Assembly (NCBI GenBank): GCA_951406725.2
Contig: OX597826.1
Coordinates: 4,960,001-5,024,000 of the forward strand
Length of the DNA: 64,000 bases
Direction of reading: 5' to 3'
Origin: Octopus vulgaris
Taxonomy: Eukaryota
Below the pieces are notes generated by a model. The model was not told where the DNA came from and made no database searches. It worked only from the letters and a program-made list of their open reading frames with translations. Each line of letters begins with the position of its first letter. Within the stretch, counting starts at the first letter, position 1. A program made the translations under genes and the position numbers. This document shows, piece after piece, positions 41,703 through 55,764 of the stretch.

Positions 41703-42748
41703 GTACATTGTTAGCATCAACATTCTCACCATCATCATCGACATCTTTCTTGAATCTACATCATCACAACTATGATAATTCTACATCCACCACCACTACC
41801 ACCACCACCACCACCACCACCACCAACCTCACTAATAACACTAACGTTACAACCACCATTCTCACAACTGTCATCATCATCACCGTCATCATTATCATAA
41901 ACATTACCACGAACACCACCACCAGCGCTCCACAATGCAACAGTACCACCACAACCATCAGAATCCACTACAAACATCTCGTTATTCACCATGAGACTTT
42001 TCCTTCTGCTCACCACAACCACCACCACCACCACCACCAACATCATCATCATCATCATCATCAAGGCAGCCAGAGCATTTATATTCGGTTCTTACAATAC
42101 CACTTACCGTTACGATTTCTTCATCTGATGATGATGATGATCGTGTTGCTGTCGTTGACAACGAATCCGCTGCCACTACTTCTATTGGCGGCGCCAGCAG
42201 TAGTGATGTTAATAGTGTTAAATTTGCTGTTGGTGGCCACGGTGCTGATGGCGATGATGATGATGATGATGACGACGATGATAGCATTGATGGGGACGAA
42301 GATGATGACGAGGAAGACGCGGAAGTGTAGCTAGTGGCGTAGGGTTGTACGATAGAATTTAGTGAGAGCAGTATGTTATTGAGGTGTAATTTTGGTATTC
42401 TGTATTGGAATATTTCCACAAATCTTTATACAGCGACATGGTTGATAATTTACGTCTCCAGTCTACAATTTATTCCAATATTTCCCAAATTCCGTATGAA
42501 CTGTTCGATTTCTTACTTCGATAGCGGGTTTCATTCGTTTCGACTGACAAACTCTATATGGATGTTGGAACGAAGCCAGTGCATTATTTCTGTTGATATT
42601 TAGTCAAAGAAATGTTGAAGATTCCCGAGAGAAAGGTAAACAATAAAACTAGATGAATTCTGTGAAGACAACGACACCTGAAAACAGACATGAACTATGG
42701 AGGTTTCGATTCCCTGTTGCACTTACTTCTCATACATAGTTTGATAAT

Positions 42749-43142
42749 CCTTTCTACTTTAGGCACAAGATCTGACATTTGGAGGGGGGACTAGTCGATT
42801 GCATCGACCCCAGTGTTTTACTGGTACTTAATTTATTGACCCCGAAAAGATTAAAGGCGAAGTCGACCTCGGTGGAATTTGAACTCAGGATTCCGAGACA
42901 ATGAAATACCTATTTCTTTATTGCCCACAAGGGGCTAAACACAGAGAGGACAAACAAGGACAGACAAACGGATTAAGTCGAGTATATCGCCCCCAGTACG
43001 TAACTGGTACTTATTTAATCGACCCCGAAATGATGAAAGGCAAAGTCGACCTCGGCGGAATTTGAACTCACAACGTAACGGCAGACGATAAACCGCTAAG
43101 CATTTCGTCCGGCGTGCTAACGGTTCTGCCAGCTCACCGCCT
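42749..43142 (-). mobile_element. Composite SINE: B2 unit nested in the head of an older B element
   Basis: B head plus B2 body/tail (43142->42911), then a headless B1-type body and tail (42910->42749). The whole composite is flanked by catagtttgataat (42735-42748) / catagattgataat (43148-43161). Confidence 0.85.
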
Positions 43143-44634
43143 TTTCTCATAGATTGATAATGCGAAATAATAGAAAGGTACGAGTGAGAAAATATCTTAA
43201 CATACGTTTGTGCATGTCTGAGATATATACAGCAATATATTTCGATATTCTATTATCGACCCCGAATACCCAGGTCGAATAAGAATGAGATATGCAGACG
43301 AACGGTTAAGCACCCTGACGGCAGGGTTATCTTCGAAATAACTTGTCAAAGCACGGGACTTTCTATAGCATAGTCCACCTCGCAAAGAGTATTTAAATAA
43401 AGTCTATTTATTCTAAATCTGCGTTCATAATAAATATTTCATTTAATCAATCAGCCTCATTGCCTACTCAGTATGTTTTTTGTTTGTTTTTTATTTACTT
43501 CTAAGTCAGGAAACTGCGTGGTGCCAATAACCCCTGATAGAGCCTCCGAGACTTCTTGGAGGAAGGAAAAGTGGGGGAGATGAAGATCTCGTAGCGGTGT
43601 CCTGCTGCGAATGCTTAGTAGAATCCACTCCACTACAGGAGGAGAACTACTAAGGGTAACCAAGAAACTGAGTTTACTAACCAAGTAGTCTATATTGAGA
43701 CTGAAACTCAGAACGTAATGAGCTGGAGAAAAAATACTGCAAGGCATCCATTTTTCTTATAGTTCCACTAACCCAACGACTCGGGAGTGTTACTTGTTTC
43801 TTAATCTATCTTGAAAAGATGAAAGGTAAAGTTAGCCTCAACGTAGAGCAGTGAAACCAGGCAAAATGTCTTGAAAGATTCTGCTTAGCGCCCTTAACGA
43901 CGACCCAGCTAATACGCTAATTAAATGTAAATTGCCGAGTACTCACTTTATACTTCTGTCCTTAAAGTAAACCTCAGAAAGAATTAGTGTGATACACTGT
44001 GGGCATTACGCCATAGAGTACAGCAAACATTCTTTCAAATAATTACTTTTACCCAGCTCCACAAGGATTACATACATAGAAACGAAGTATACGAATGAAA
44101 ACACTAACTCACAGTACCACTCTATGCGATCGAACCCGAGATCTAATGATTAGAAAAATAATTTCGTATCATTTTGGTCATTATATATACTAGTGTGACA
44201 AGTGTCTGTTATAGAGATCTCTTTTTCTGTAAAACGAACAACAAAAATACTGATGATTGCACTTCAGGTTTCCAGCATCAATTCGATGTCCTCTCTGTGA
44301 ATCTTTCCAAAAGATGACTCAATAATCACGTGTAGTCAGTCAAGTGGATGCCTCTGATCATGCGACTGATGTTTCTGATTACTGACTTTCGAGGATATAT
44401 TCCTGGGTTTACTAGCTGCCATCTTACCACATTTCCATTTCATATCTACTCTATCAGCTTCTTGTTGAACATTTCGAAAGTACATCAGACTTAACATGAC
44501 TCATTCTAACTAGCTTTTCAAATAAATCACCACACATTTATCCTGAATTAAATTGGCGTTTTATCATTATAAGCTTTTCCTATACTTCAGTCTTTCTTTC
44601 TTTCCTTCTTCCCCTCTCCTTTTCACTCCTACTC

Positions 44635-44683
<49 letters not shown>

Positions 44684-45052
44684 CTCTCATTATCTTTCCC
44701 GACTTTGTTTCAGTGTCTCCTTCTCTCTTGCTCTCTCAACTGATTATCCAGATTTCCACAAGACAATTCGAAGCTAATACATGTTCATTATATATTGGTG
44801 TAAACTTTAATAACAAAATTAAATTTTTAATTAAAATATAGTATATGTATTGAAAAACTAAATTCATCACAAAATAGCGTAAATATTCAAAAAACATAAC
44901 CTAAAGCATCATTTATTTTACGCTCGCTCCAATCAATGGACACATTTTCAAATCTACAAATACTTAACTTGTAAAGATTCTCCATTATAAAGAAGTACTA
45001 CAAGAGATTTCTATTGATGCTTGTTGCATTAGAAGCTGACTTTAAGCGAGAA

Positions 45053-45103
<51 letters not shown>

Positions 45104-45340
45104 ATTCCGTTTGATTCTTTCTTCCTTTTGTCTCCTTCTTTCCCTCCTCTGGTCTATATGTGTAACCAGGTAAACATGTTTGTACATTCATATGTGTGTG
45201 TGTGTGTGTGTGTGCATGAGTATGAAAATTTGTACGGCTATTTATGGATAACTAACCTTTAAAATCTGTTTGAATAATACAGATATATACACATATACGC
45301 ACATACATACACACACACGCACACACATATATATATACAT

Positions 45341-45382
<42 letters not shown>

Positions 45383-45500
45383 ATATATATATAGATAGAG
45401 AGAGAGATACATACACACATTCATGCATTCACACATATACATACATATATATATAATAGATATATACATATATATATATAATATATATAAACACATATAA

Positions 45501-45574
<74 letters not shown>

Positions 45575-46103
45575 ATATTTATAATATATATATGTATATA
45601 TGTATAGATATATATATGTACACACATATATGTGTATGTTTGTATACGAGCACACATCTTCAAGATTACTTTGAAGAAAGATAACATAATTGATCAGAAC
45701 TTTTGCAGAAGAATTGCATTTTAAAACACGCACGTATCTCCAGGCTTGCATGCTGCATGCATTCATACATACATAAACATACATACATACATACGTACAA
45801 ACTAAATCTCATATTGATCCCACATACAAGATATTGTCAAAACTGCACCAGAAATATCCAAGGTTCGTCTTTATAGCAGAAACCTGCTTCGAGAGCCTCA
45901 TTGTTAGTATTCCTATCAAGGAAGCAGGTAGAACATCCATACTGAAATACTGTTCAAACTCTTATATGCGACAGTCTTGTGTTACAGGCTGTTCGATCCA
46001 TTACCTTCCTACATTTTATTCGACCACGTTATCTAAATTGAAGGGACATCAGACTCATTTGATAAAATAATGGTTAATATTTAGAACAGGTTGAAGCGGA
46101 TCA

Positions 46104-46280
46104 CCTGGCAGAATCGTTACATTTCTTCCGTCTTTACGTTCTGAACTCAAATGCCGCCGGTGTCGACTTCGCCTTTCATCCTTTTGTTGGGTTCGATAAA
46201 ATAAGTACCAGTCGATCATTAGAGATGAATGTAATCGACTTAACCCTCACCCCACCCCTAAATTGGTGGCTTTTTGCACA
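46104..46280 (+). mobile_element. B-family SINE with its tail abutted by an A SINE
   Basis: ctggcagaatcgtta..ttacgttctgaactcaaatgccgccggtgtcgacttcgcctttcatcc.. ends at ggctttttgcaca, directly before the A head. Confidence 0.8.
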
Positions 46281-46441
46281 GGCGCAGGAGTGGCTGTGTG
46301 GTAAGTAGTTGCCTACCAACCACATGGTTCCGGGTTCAATCCCACTGCGTGGCACCTTGGGCAAGTGTCTGCTACTATAGCCTCTGGCCGACCAAAGCCT
46401 TGCGAGTGGATTTGGTTGACGGAAACTGAAAGAATCCCGTC

Positions 46442-46500
<59 letters not shown>

Positions 46501-46734
46501 TGTGTGTATATGTTTGTGTGTCTGTGTTTTTCCACCCCCACACCCCAACATCGCTTGACAACCGATGCTGGTGTGTTTACATACCCGTCACTTAGCGGTT
46601 CGGCAAAAGAGACCGATAGAGTAAGTAGTGGGCTTACAAAGAATAAGTCCTGGGGTCGATTTGCTCGACTAAAGGCGGTGCTCCAGCATGGCCAACAGTC
46701 AAATTACTGAAACAAGTAAAAGAGCAAAAGAGTA
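46281..46734 (+). mobile_element. A-family SINE, full length, close to consensus
   Basis: ggcgcaggagtggctgtgtggtaag..ggttcaatccc..tail aagtaaaagagcaaaagagta. Confidence 0.93.
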
Positions 46735-47074
46735 ATGTTTCGAAGAGGTTGATCGAACTCGCATAGGTTCTTACCCATTTTTTTTGTCCCCATATTCAGG
46801 CTGTCATCCCACAAGTGAGAAAAGGTGGAGAGACACATCACGTAATTGTCACTCCTTCTATGACAAATTTGTTAGCAAGGCCTCGGGGTTTCTAAACATG
46901 TACTTAATCACAGGTGTTTATTTTAATAGAATTACACACTGTTGAGTCGTCACATTCATTAAAACAATACTCGAAACACACCCATCTGCGTCTGCAGCAT
47001 AGATTATGTAAATGGTTTATATATAGATATATATATATGTATGTATGTATGTATATATATATATGTATGTATGA

Positions 47075-47105
<31 letters not shown>

Positions 47106-47132
47106 ATGCAAATATACATATAAGCTACATAT

Positions 47133-47170
<38 letters not shown>

Positions 47171-47241
47171 GTTTAAATATACGTACAAACATATGCATGT
47201 GTATATGTATATTTATACATTCACACATTTAAGAAGATAGG

Positions 47242-47242
<1 letters not shown>

Positions 47243-47326
<84 letters not shown>

Positions 47327-47340
47327 GATAGATAGATAGA
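47243..47340. repeat. (GATA)n microsatellite
   Basis: Near-perfect AGAT run. Confidence 0.95.
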
Positions 47341-48092
47341 ATATATCTATTCACTATTATGTCTATATATACAGTAAAGCGTAACGTAAGCACATTATAG
47401 CTAGAACAAAGGAAACTGCTAAACAATGGACGTCATCGAGTTTAACTGAAGCCTATGTTTAAACTAGATTTATCGGTAGTCTGAGCTTCCTAGTGTGCTC
47501 TTGGTGTGAATGGTTGTCATTCTTATTAAATAGCTATATGAAAACATAGCTCGGCATGATTTTCACGACAGAACAATGGATGTAGCAAACAAGCCACAAC
47601 GCCAGCTAGGCAGAATAAACTACCGTATAAACTTTGACAATCGCCGAGCAAATATTTCGATGACGACAACCACGAGAACAATAACAGCGACGACAACGAC
47701 TACGATTATGATGATAATGATGATGATTTTCTACAGTAGAGATTGCGAATACCTAGAATCAAAATATTTCTAGTTAAGATCAGTGTTTTATTTCTTTTTT
47801 TTTTTTTTGTAGGGGTTTCAATAGGTCTTTTTTCCGTAACCCTATGTGATCATCTTCGTTGTTCAAGACGACAATTTCTTTGCAGGAAATTCCGGCTGTA
47901 GTTTTTAGCATATAGAGAGGTTCATTTACTTACTCTTGATAATATCCAATTCTAATATGAGTCACCGTATTCTTGGTCTCGGAATTGCAATCATCCACGT
48001 TGTTATTATTTTTAATATCCCCCCTCTCCGTACCTCATATATATAAATATCTGAAAATATAAAACCATCTGAATTTCTGAGTACCACATTTC

Positions 48093-48133
<41 letters not shown>

Positions 48134-48214
48134 CAGATATCACACTACAGATGGGTGTTACGTTTTTAGAGTGACTTCTAATTTATCAGTTCGATGTTAA
48201 TAGAAATATACAGA

Positions 48215-49405
48215 AGCGTTAGAGCATCAGAAAATTGATTTCTCTCACGTCTGATCGGAACCTATACATTCTGAGTTCAAATCCAGCCGGTCAGCTTCGT
48301 TTATCATCCTTTCAATTTCGATAAAATATTGTACCAGTTAAGTACTGGGATCACAATCATTGGCTTCTCCTTTCCCCTTAAAATTGCTGACACTGTACCA
48401 AAATTTGAAAAAAATTAAGAAAATGGCAAGAGTCTGAGTTCAAACCCGTCTAGATCAACTTTGCTTTTACCGTTTTAGAGTCGATAACATGAAGTACCCA
48501 ATGAATTGCTGATCTTGTGCCAAGAACTTGATAAATGATTATTACCGTTATTATTATTATTATTATTATTATTATGATTATTATTATTATTATCATTATT
48601 ATCAATAATAATAATAATAATAATAACAATCATAATAATGTGAGCTGACAGAAACGTTAGCACGCCGGGTGAAATGCTTAGCAGTATTTCGTCAGTCGAC
48701 TTTGCCTCTCATTCTTTCGGGGTTGATTAAATAATTACCAGTTGAACACTGGATCCGATGTAATCGACTCATCCCCCACTTCAAAATTACTGCCCTTGTG
48801 GCAAAATCTGAAACTATTATTGTTCGAATAATTATTGTCGTTATTATTGAGGCGGCGACATGACAGAATCGTTAGCACGCCGGACAAAAAATGCTTAGCG
48901 GCCTTTCGTCCATCGCTACTTTCTGAGTTCAAATTCCACCGAGGTCCACTTTAGCTTTCGTCCTTTCAGGGTCGATAAATTAAGTACCAGTTGAGTATTT
49001 GGGTCGATGTGTTCGACTTAACTCCTCCCCACTAATTTCAGTACTTGTGTCTATATTTTTTATGCGCTCTTTTCAAGCCTAGTCAGGCTCATGGGCCCGG
49101 TTTCCCGGTTTCTATGGCGTATGTGTTCCCCCCAGCTGGACGGGACGCCAGTCCATCGCAGCGTTACCCGAGAAACAGGAAGAGAGAGTGAGAGAAAGTT
49201 GGGGCGAAAGAGTACAACAGGGGTCGTCACCACCCCACTGCCAGAGATTCGTGGAGCTTTAGGTGTTTTCGCTCAATAAACACACAACGCCTTGTCTGGG
49301 AATCGAAACCGCGATCCTCCGACCGCGAGTCCGCTGCCTTAACCACTTGGCCATTGCGCCTCCACTTGTGTCTATAGTAGATGGGATTATCATTATTATT
49401 ATTAT
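48215..49405 (+). mobile_element. Cluster of B-family SINEs (~48215-48410, ~48430-48500, 48640-48820, 48850-49055 plus tail 49366-49405) with (TTA)n/(AAT)n spacers
   Basis: Repeated ctgagttcaaa.cc / gtcgactttgcct / gtaccagtt motifs in the same orientation. Confidence 0.8.
49056..49365 (-). mobile_element. C-family SINE inserted in a B-SINE tail
   Basis: Perfect 11-bp TSD ttgtgtctata at 49045-49055 and 49366-49376. The B tail resumes as gtagatgggattatcatt. Confidence 0.92.
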
Positions 49406-51123
49406 TAATAAATCTTTTATATTTAGCCTCATAATTCTCCTGTATTAGGTGATGCGACACGTATCCCATGATGTCTTACCTAGATTCCTAATTCATGGTT
49501 TTATGATTAGATATTTTATATTTATGTTAATGCTTTTTAGCATATTCCCATTTAGATTCGCGTCTACTCATCCAAGCAACATTTGTGAAGCATATTAAAA
49601 CTGAAATACATATTATACACAGGTATATACATACACACACTTGCATATACTACCGAATGCGCATCTCCCTAATTCTCTATGTATGTATGTTATATCTTCC
49701 TGTCAGTCCGTATGCACTTATAGTCAGATAATGCAATCTAAAGGGAGATAAACATCATTGTGTGTTGTAACCGATGGTATATGGTTTTTTTAAATCACAA
49801 ATCCAGTTGTTGAACTACTTTCAGAGAGAAATCAGAAAGTGTGCGGTTTGGGCGGAGTAGCATTAAACAATTTATTTTACACATATACGCCCACGCAAAC
49901 ATATATGGATATGGATGCAAAATCTAAATGCACACACACACATACACACACACACACACACTGACACACACACGCACTCATACATACAATATTCTTTTGA
50001 GAGCTAAAACTCCCCGAACACGTATATGTACACATACATAAATTTATTCATTTTTCATAGACGATCATATTGAATGGCTGTATGAAAGCTAATGAAGCGG
50101 GAATTATCTAATTTCTAAAGATATTTACACAATTTGACGTAAAAACACAGAAATAATCACCCGAAAAACACACAACCGCACAGATACAAACACATGAAGG
50201 TAATTTACCGCACAGAAGCAGATTCATATGGTACCTCGTAAAGCAAAATATAAACACAGTTTCCTTTTGTGACTCAGTATGTGAGTTATGTGCGTGTACG
50301 AATACGCATACACTCCATACATACATACATACATACATACATACATACATACATACATACATACATACATACATACATAACACATACATTTTGTGCATGT
50401 GTATTTTCGTGTACGTATGTGAGATGTGTGTATTTCTTACTGCAAATTTTTCACCCATTAACAAGCTTGTGGCCGTATATGTATGCGCGAGTTTATGTTT
50501 ACACTTGCGTGTGTATCTTATAATATATATTTAGAAATGCACTCAGGCCCTATAGTTAACGAAATAACGAATGAATGAATGTGGTGGGTTGGCGTCTCTG
50601 TGAGAAGTTGGCTAATGACCTCAATTGCAGAGGTAACATTTATATTTTTACATCTTTTTTTATTCTATCATACCAAAACTTTCATTCTAAATCGATTACT
50701 TTGTTATTGACTGAATTACAACTAGATAAAATAAATAAACAAATATTAATAATAATAACTATTATTTTTTTCAAATTTTTGGCATAAAGCTAGAAGTTTT
50801 GCGGGGAGGGGGAAATTCGATTACATTGACCTCAGTGCTCAACTGATATTTACTTTATCGACCCTGAGGGAAAGCAAGTCGAAATTGACTTCGGCGTAAT
50901 TGGAACTTAGAAGCATATACCGACAGAAGGAAGACTGCCAGGCATTTTGTTACCGTGTTTAATATATAGCGCTTTCTTCTTATTCCTTTTAGAGACATAA
51001 TCTCGGTCTACATTTTCTAGCACATTCTCCCTTAGTGGAGATTTTAGGGTGTGATTTACGCAAGGTTTGGCAGTTAACCCCAGCAGGTTAAGCTGTCATG
51101 CAAAATTACATGTTATTTATTTA

Positions 51124-51540
51124 TTCTTTCATATGTTCTAGTCATCTGACTGCGGTCATGCTGGAGCGCCGCGTTATAAGGTTGTAGTCGAACAAATCGA
51201 CCCCAGGATTTATTCTGTGTAAGCCTAGTATTCATTTTATCATTCTATTTTGCTGAATCGCCTATTTACGGGGTCGTAAACACACCAACAATGGTTATAA
51301 AGCGATGGTGGAGGGACAAACACACACACGCACATACACACACGAGCGCGCGCACACACACACAAAATCACGCACGCACACCCCCGTATGCGCTGGGATT
51401 TTTCAGTTTCCCGTCTACCAAATCTAAGCATAAAGCTTTATTCGGCCCGAGGCTCTGCTAAAAGACATTTTCCCAAAGTGCCATGCAGTGGGACTAAACC
51501 TAGAACAGTGTAGTTGGGAAGCAAGCTTCTTACCACAGCC
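51124..51540 (-). mobile_element. A-family SINE, diverged, ~380 nt upstream of a coding exon
   Basis: gactgcggtcatgctggagc..aagcctagta..tttcagtttcccgtctaccaaatc..gcaagcttcttaccacagcc. Confidence 0.85.
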
Positions 51541-51923
51541 CTTGCCTTTATGTTGTTATAATTGTTGTTAGCTCCAGGCCATCGCCGACAGAAGGTCTAC
51601 GATCAAATACATTACATATTATATTGTATTCATATGTTATTAATCTTGGACTTCATTAACCTTCTTATTTTGAATACGACAATGCATGCTTTGTGGAAAA
51701 TCCTGCCATTTATTTCCATGACCCATCAAACAGCAAATTGTTTTTCCTTAAGTTGATCCCATGATTTATATTAATAGATATGCGCATATAGGTACTATCT
51801 CTAGCAAGCTACTGAACTTCTACAAGCATACTTTTTAAATAAAGGTATTATCAACATATGCAAACATATTGTAAGTAGATTTCATGTCTAATCTTGATTT
51901 CCTTCTCTCTTTTCTTATTACAG

Positions 51924-52094
51924 TTCCCAGTGTGCCTGTACCATGTCCATTTCAAGGTAGTTACTTCTTCCGCTACATGAACGGAAGTGTGAACTGCAGC
52001 AAACCGTTTTCACAGATGCGAGAATGTGCAGATAACTCGCGATTTAAATTCCATTTTAGAAAATGTAATGGAAATCCGGAAACAACAGAAAAAG
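51924..52094 (+). CDS. Internal coding exon (171 nt, phase 1-1) of the same gene
   Basis: Acceptor CAG at 51921-51923 and donor AAAG|GTAACA at 52095. Encodes (V)PSVPVPCPFQGSYFFRYMNGSVNCSKPFSQMRECADNSRFKFHFRKCNGNPETTEK with spaced Cys and NGS/NCS sequons. It is the only complex part of ORF 51884..52555. Confidence 0.92.
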
Positions 52095-52332
52095 GTAACA
52101 ACCTGTTATTTGCACAGAAAGCAAACATACATACATACACACGCACACATTCATACATTCTCTTTATACATCACATACATTCTCTTTATGTAATTCATTT
52201 CTTCTTTCTCTCTCTACATCCTCTCCCCACTATGTGTGTGTGTGTCTGTGTGTGTGTGTGGCTGCTGCATTGGATTTTGCCATCGCCAGTTTTCGTGTCT
52301 TTACAGACGATACATACATTCTCCACTGTCTG

Positions 52333-52369
<37 letters not shown>

Positions 52370-53275
52370 ATGTCTGTATGTCTGTCTGTCTGTATGTCTG
52401 TCTGTCTATCCATCTATCTATACATCGATCTATCTATCTATCTAACTATCTATCCCTCTTTCTTTCTCTCTCTACATATATATATATATATATATACATA
52501 CACACACACACATATATATGTACATATATATATACACATATATACATATATATGAACGAACACATGCATGAACACGAACACACAAATGTGTGCACCCCCT
52601 CCCCACACCCCCACAAATGTATAAAATTTGTTTTTGTCTATGTCTGTGTGCATGTGCATATATACTGCATCAGAATTGCAAACAATCGTTATATGGGATA
52701 AAATTTAATCTGAAAAAAAAAAAAAAATAAATAAATACATAAAAGCATTAGAAGCCATTGCCTATTCGCTGTGGAACTGAAGAAACCAGCCAGACTATTA
52801 TCTTTTTCTCTTCTTACTGCTGAACGTGTAAATGTGAATAAATTTGTAGAAAACCTTTCTATGCGCCATTATTTGGAAACATTCGAAATTTTCAACGGTA
52901 CCCAAATTAATTAGAAGAGAATCTTTCATACATTTTCTGGCACTATTATTTTCCTTTTCTACCTCCCGTTTTAGCAAGAAGAGGTATACCATTAAGTCAG
53001 CAATCACATATACCCTTGTACAAGTCATTAAATCGACGAGTTCTATGGCATCATTCGTGCCAACATCGGTATAAAAATTCAGCAGATCTCTTCCTAAGCA
53101 CATTCAAATGAAAGTCAGCTCACACATGTGCATGCGTCTATATATGATTCCCTTACTCTGTATGTATGTGTGTGTGAGTGTATATATATATGTGTGTCTA
53201 TGTGTGTGCGTGTATGTATTATGTATGTATGCATGTATGTATGTATGTGCGTACGTATGTATTTATGTATATATG

Positions 53276-53368
53276 TATGTACGTACGTATGCATGCATGT
53301 ATGTATATGTATATATCTACTACGTACGTATGTATGTATGTACGTATATATGTATACGTGTGTGTGTG

Positions 53369-53411
<43 letters not shown>

Positions 53412-53505
53412 GTACGTATGTATGCATGTATGTATGTATATGTATATACCTACTACGTACGTATGTATGCGTATGTATGTATATTTGTATACGTGTGTGT
53501 GTGTG

Positions 53506-53542
<37 letters not shown>
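53276..53542. repeat. Tandem duplication of a ~130-bp compound microsatellite block
   Basis: tatgtacgtacgtatg..ctactacgtacgtatg..atacgtgtgtgtgtggatg(TA)n occurs twice head-to-tail. Confidence 0.8.
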
Positions 53543-53549
<7 letters not shown>

Positions 53550-53991
53550 CATACACACACGACTATTTGTCTTCATGCATACACCTCCAGATTACTCAGC
53601 TATACGATACGGACACATCGATCTACGCAATTTACTCATCGAAGATAGACACCAACTTTTTTTCGTAAATATACAGTATAGTAAGAATATAAATAAATAA
53701 AGACAAACAGCAAAAATGATATGAAAACCAAAACTAGTCGTTTTGGTTTAGTCTTCATGCCGTAAATTATTTACATTGCTATTCTCAGAATATAGACAAT
53801 TATTCAATGCTGTTTATTTTTTCAATAAAACCAATTTTACTTAAGGAATATATACGCTGTGAATTATTTTTAATGAGGAAATATTTTCGTTCGCTCAGAA
53901 AACAGCTAATTCGCTACCCAGAAAAAAAAATGATAAACAATATAAAATAAATAAAAGAACTATGCACATGTACGCATTTATACACACATTA

Positions 53992-54035
<44 letters not shown>

Positions 54036-55764
54036 TATACACGCGTGCTCAAACACTTTTAATGTTTCACAACTCTGAAGAACTCAATACCAGTCGTAGA
54101 GTTTAATTTTTTATACGAAACTCTGCTTTCCTGTCATCATTATTGAAACTTCCTCGTTCAGGTTAAAATGGAGATTTATTCAATGGCGTTTAACATCTGA
54201 TCGAGAAAAAGAGAGAGAGAGAGAGAGGATAAACGAAAGAAAACAAGCACTCAACAAATCCAGTATAAATTATATATGTTTTAGAACAACTTGAGGTTTC
54301 GTAGGCTCGTCATAGAAACCTAGATGTCTGTCTATAAATTACCAGATATAAAATACGTAGTTTGGTCGATTTGTCTTGTTTAACCGTTCTAGGCGGTGCC
54401 CCAGCATGGCTACAGTCCACAATCTACAGCGAATAAAAAGATAAAAGAGTTCTTATTGTTCTCGGCGTCTATATTTATAAGATGAAGACAAAAGCATAAG
54501 ATATTCTAATATCAGTACCAATTTTAAACATCTCAAGAGGAATTATCTGTAATCTGTAACTATTAAAATACTTCACAGATATATTTGAAGTTGGACAAGA
54601 TGTTTTATTTCAATTAGCTACGTTGCTGTTATAGAGCTGATACTCGATATTAGAGAATTATATGAGAATTAATTAAAATATACAACATATGTTAAAGACA
54701 CCACTTCTGTCACTATTCAATTATGTAAAAATAAATATGATATTGAGGCGATTGTGTGTTTCTTAAGCATGAAATAGAATAGCAACAGACAGATATTGAA
54801 AAAAATATATCTTCTAATTCGAGCGTTTAATGTGATTACTTTATTTACGTCACCGTTTTCCCCAGCTCTAACAAATGATTTGTTTGAGTCTGTTCACTTT
54901 TATATGTAGAGGAAGCAAATCAATGAACCGCAGTGTATTGCTGGTACTATTCTTCTTGATCAGCGAAAAATCAGGCCACTGGTACTATTCTTCATGATCA
55001 GGAGAAAATCAGGCCTCTGAAACATGAACTTAGAACAGAAAGTTAAGAAAAAAACTGTTTTGTCCAGCCGTTAGTGTAACTCTATTAGTCATCTCTGCAG
55101 TCCTACTTTGTACTGTATGGGACATTGAAAACCACTCTTTGTATGCATCGATCTTACACTCCCAACACACCACAGCCACATGTACACACATTCACACACA
55201 CGACGAGGACGAAAATACCTCTTATACAATGCAATCATTGAAATAATACACTTGGTATTCGTATGACATGTACACATCATGCAACCATACAAAACCAAGC
55301 ATAAGTTACATGCACATGCCATTATCATACGTTAATGCATCTTTTCTACGATAATGATAGTTTCCGGAGAGGTGGCTAAAAAATTAATCATGCGTGAACA
55401 CGTGGCGAATTCATTACGTTGCCAGAACTCGACGCCTTCATTTTCTAGCCAGGCATTGAAGTGGAGGCTTCGAAACAAGTTAGATTCAACGTATATATCA
55501 ACAATGTTTCGTTTAACATTTCCTTGTGTCGGTAGTTGTTAGTTGCTATACGCATCATATACGATGTATCAAAACTGCTCAATATTCCTTCTGGATTCCA
55601 AACTTAGGCGGCTGGAAACAATTTACATTTCTTATTCGCAATCTTTTCCTCGCGTTTCGCTACCAAAACTAATATTCTCATTTCATGTAAAAACAGAAAG
55701 ATTGGATGACCACAAACTTCATATTTCAAAGCCTAATAATAATGAACGTTTGTTCAACTACATA

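Noticed and set aside
41600-42334. 244-aa + strand ORF with poly-S/T/H/M
   Set aside because: Built from (CAT)/(CAC)/(GAT) triplet runs that are open in several frames. No domain, and the good splice signals are on the minus strand.
45834-46070. ORF with PRFVFIAETCF, reminiscent of an AP-endonuclease N-terminal motif
   Set aside because: Single short motif with no downstream endonuclease motifs.
54941-55017. 38-bp tandem duplication (similar 2-copy repeats at ~18039-18088 and ~30408-30472) as a CRISPR-like array
   Set aside because: Only two adjacent diverged copies, no spacers, eukaryotic intron context: ordinary slippage duplications.
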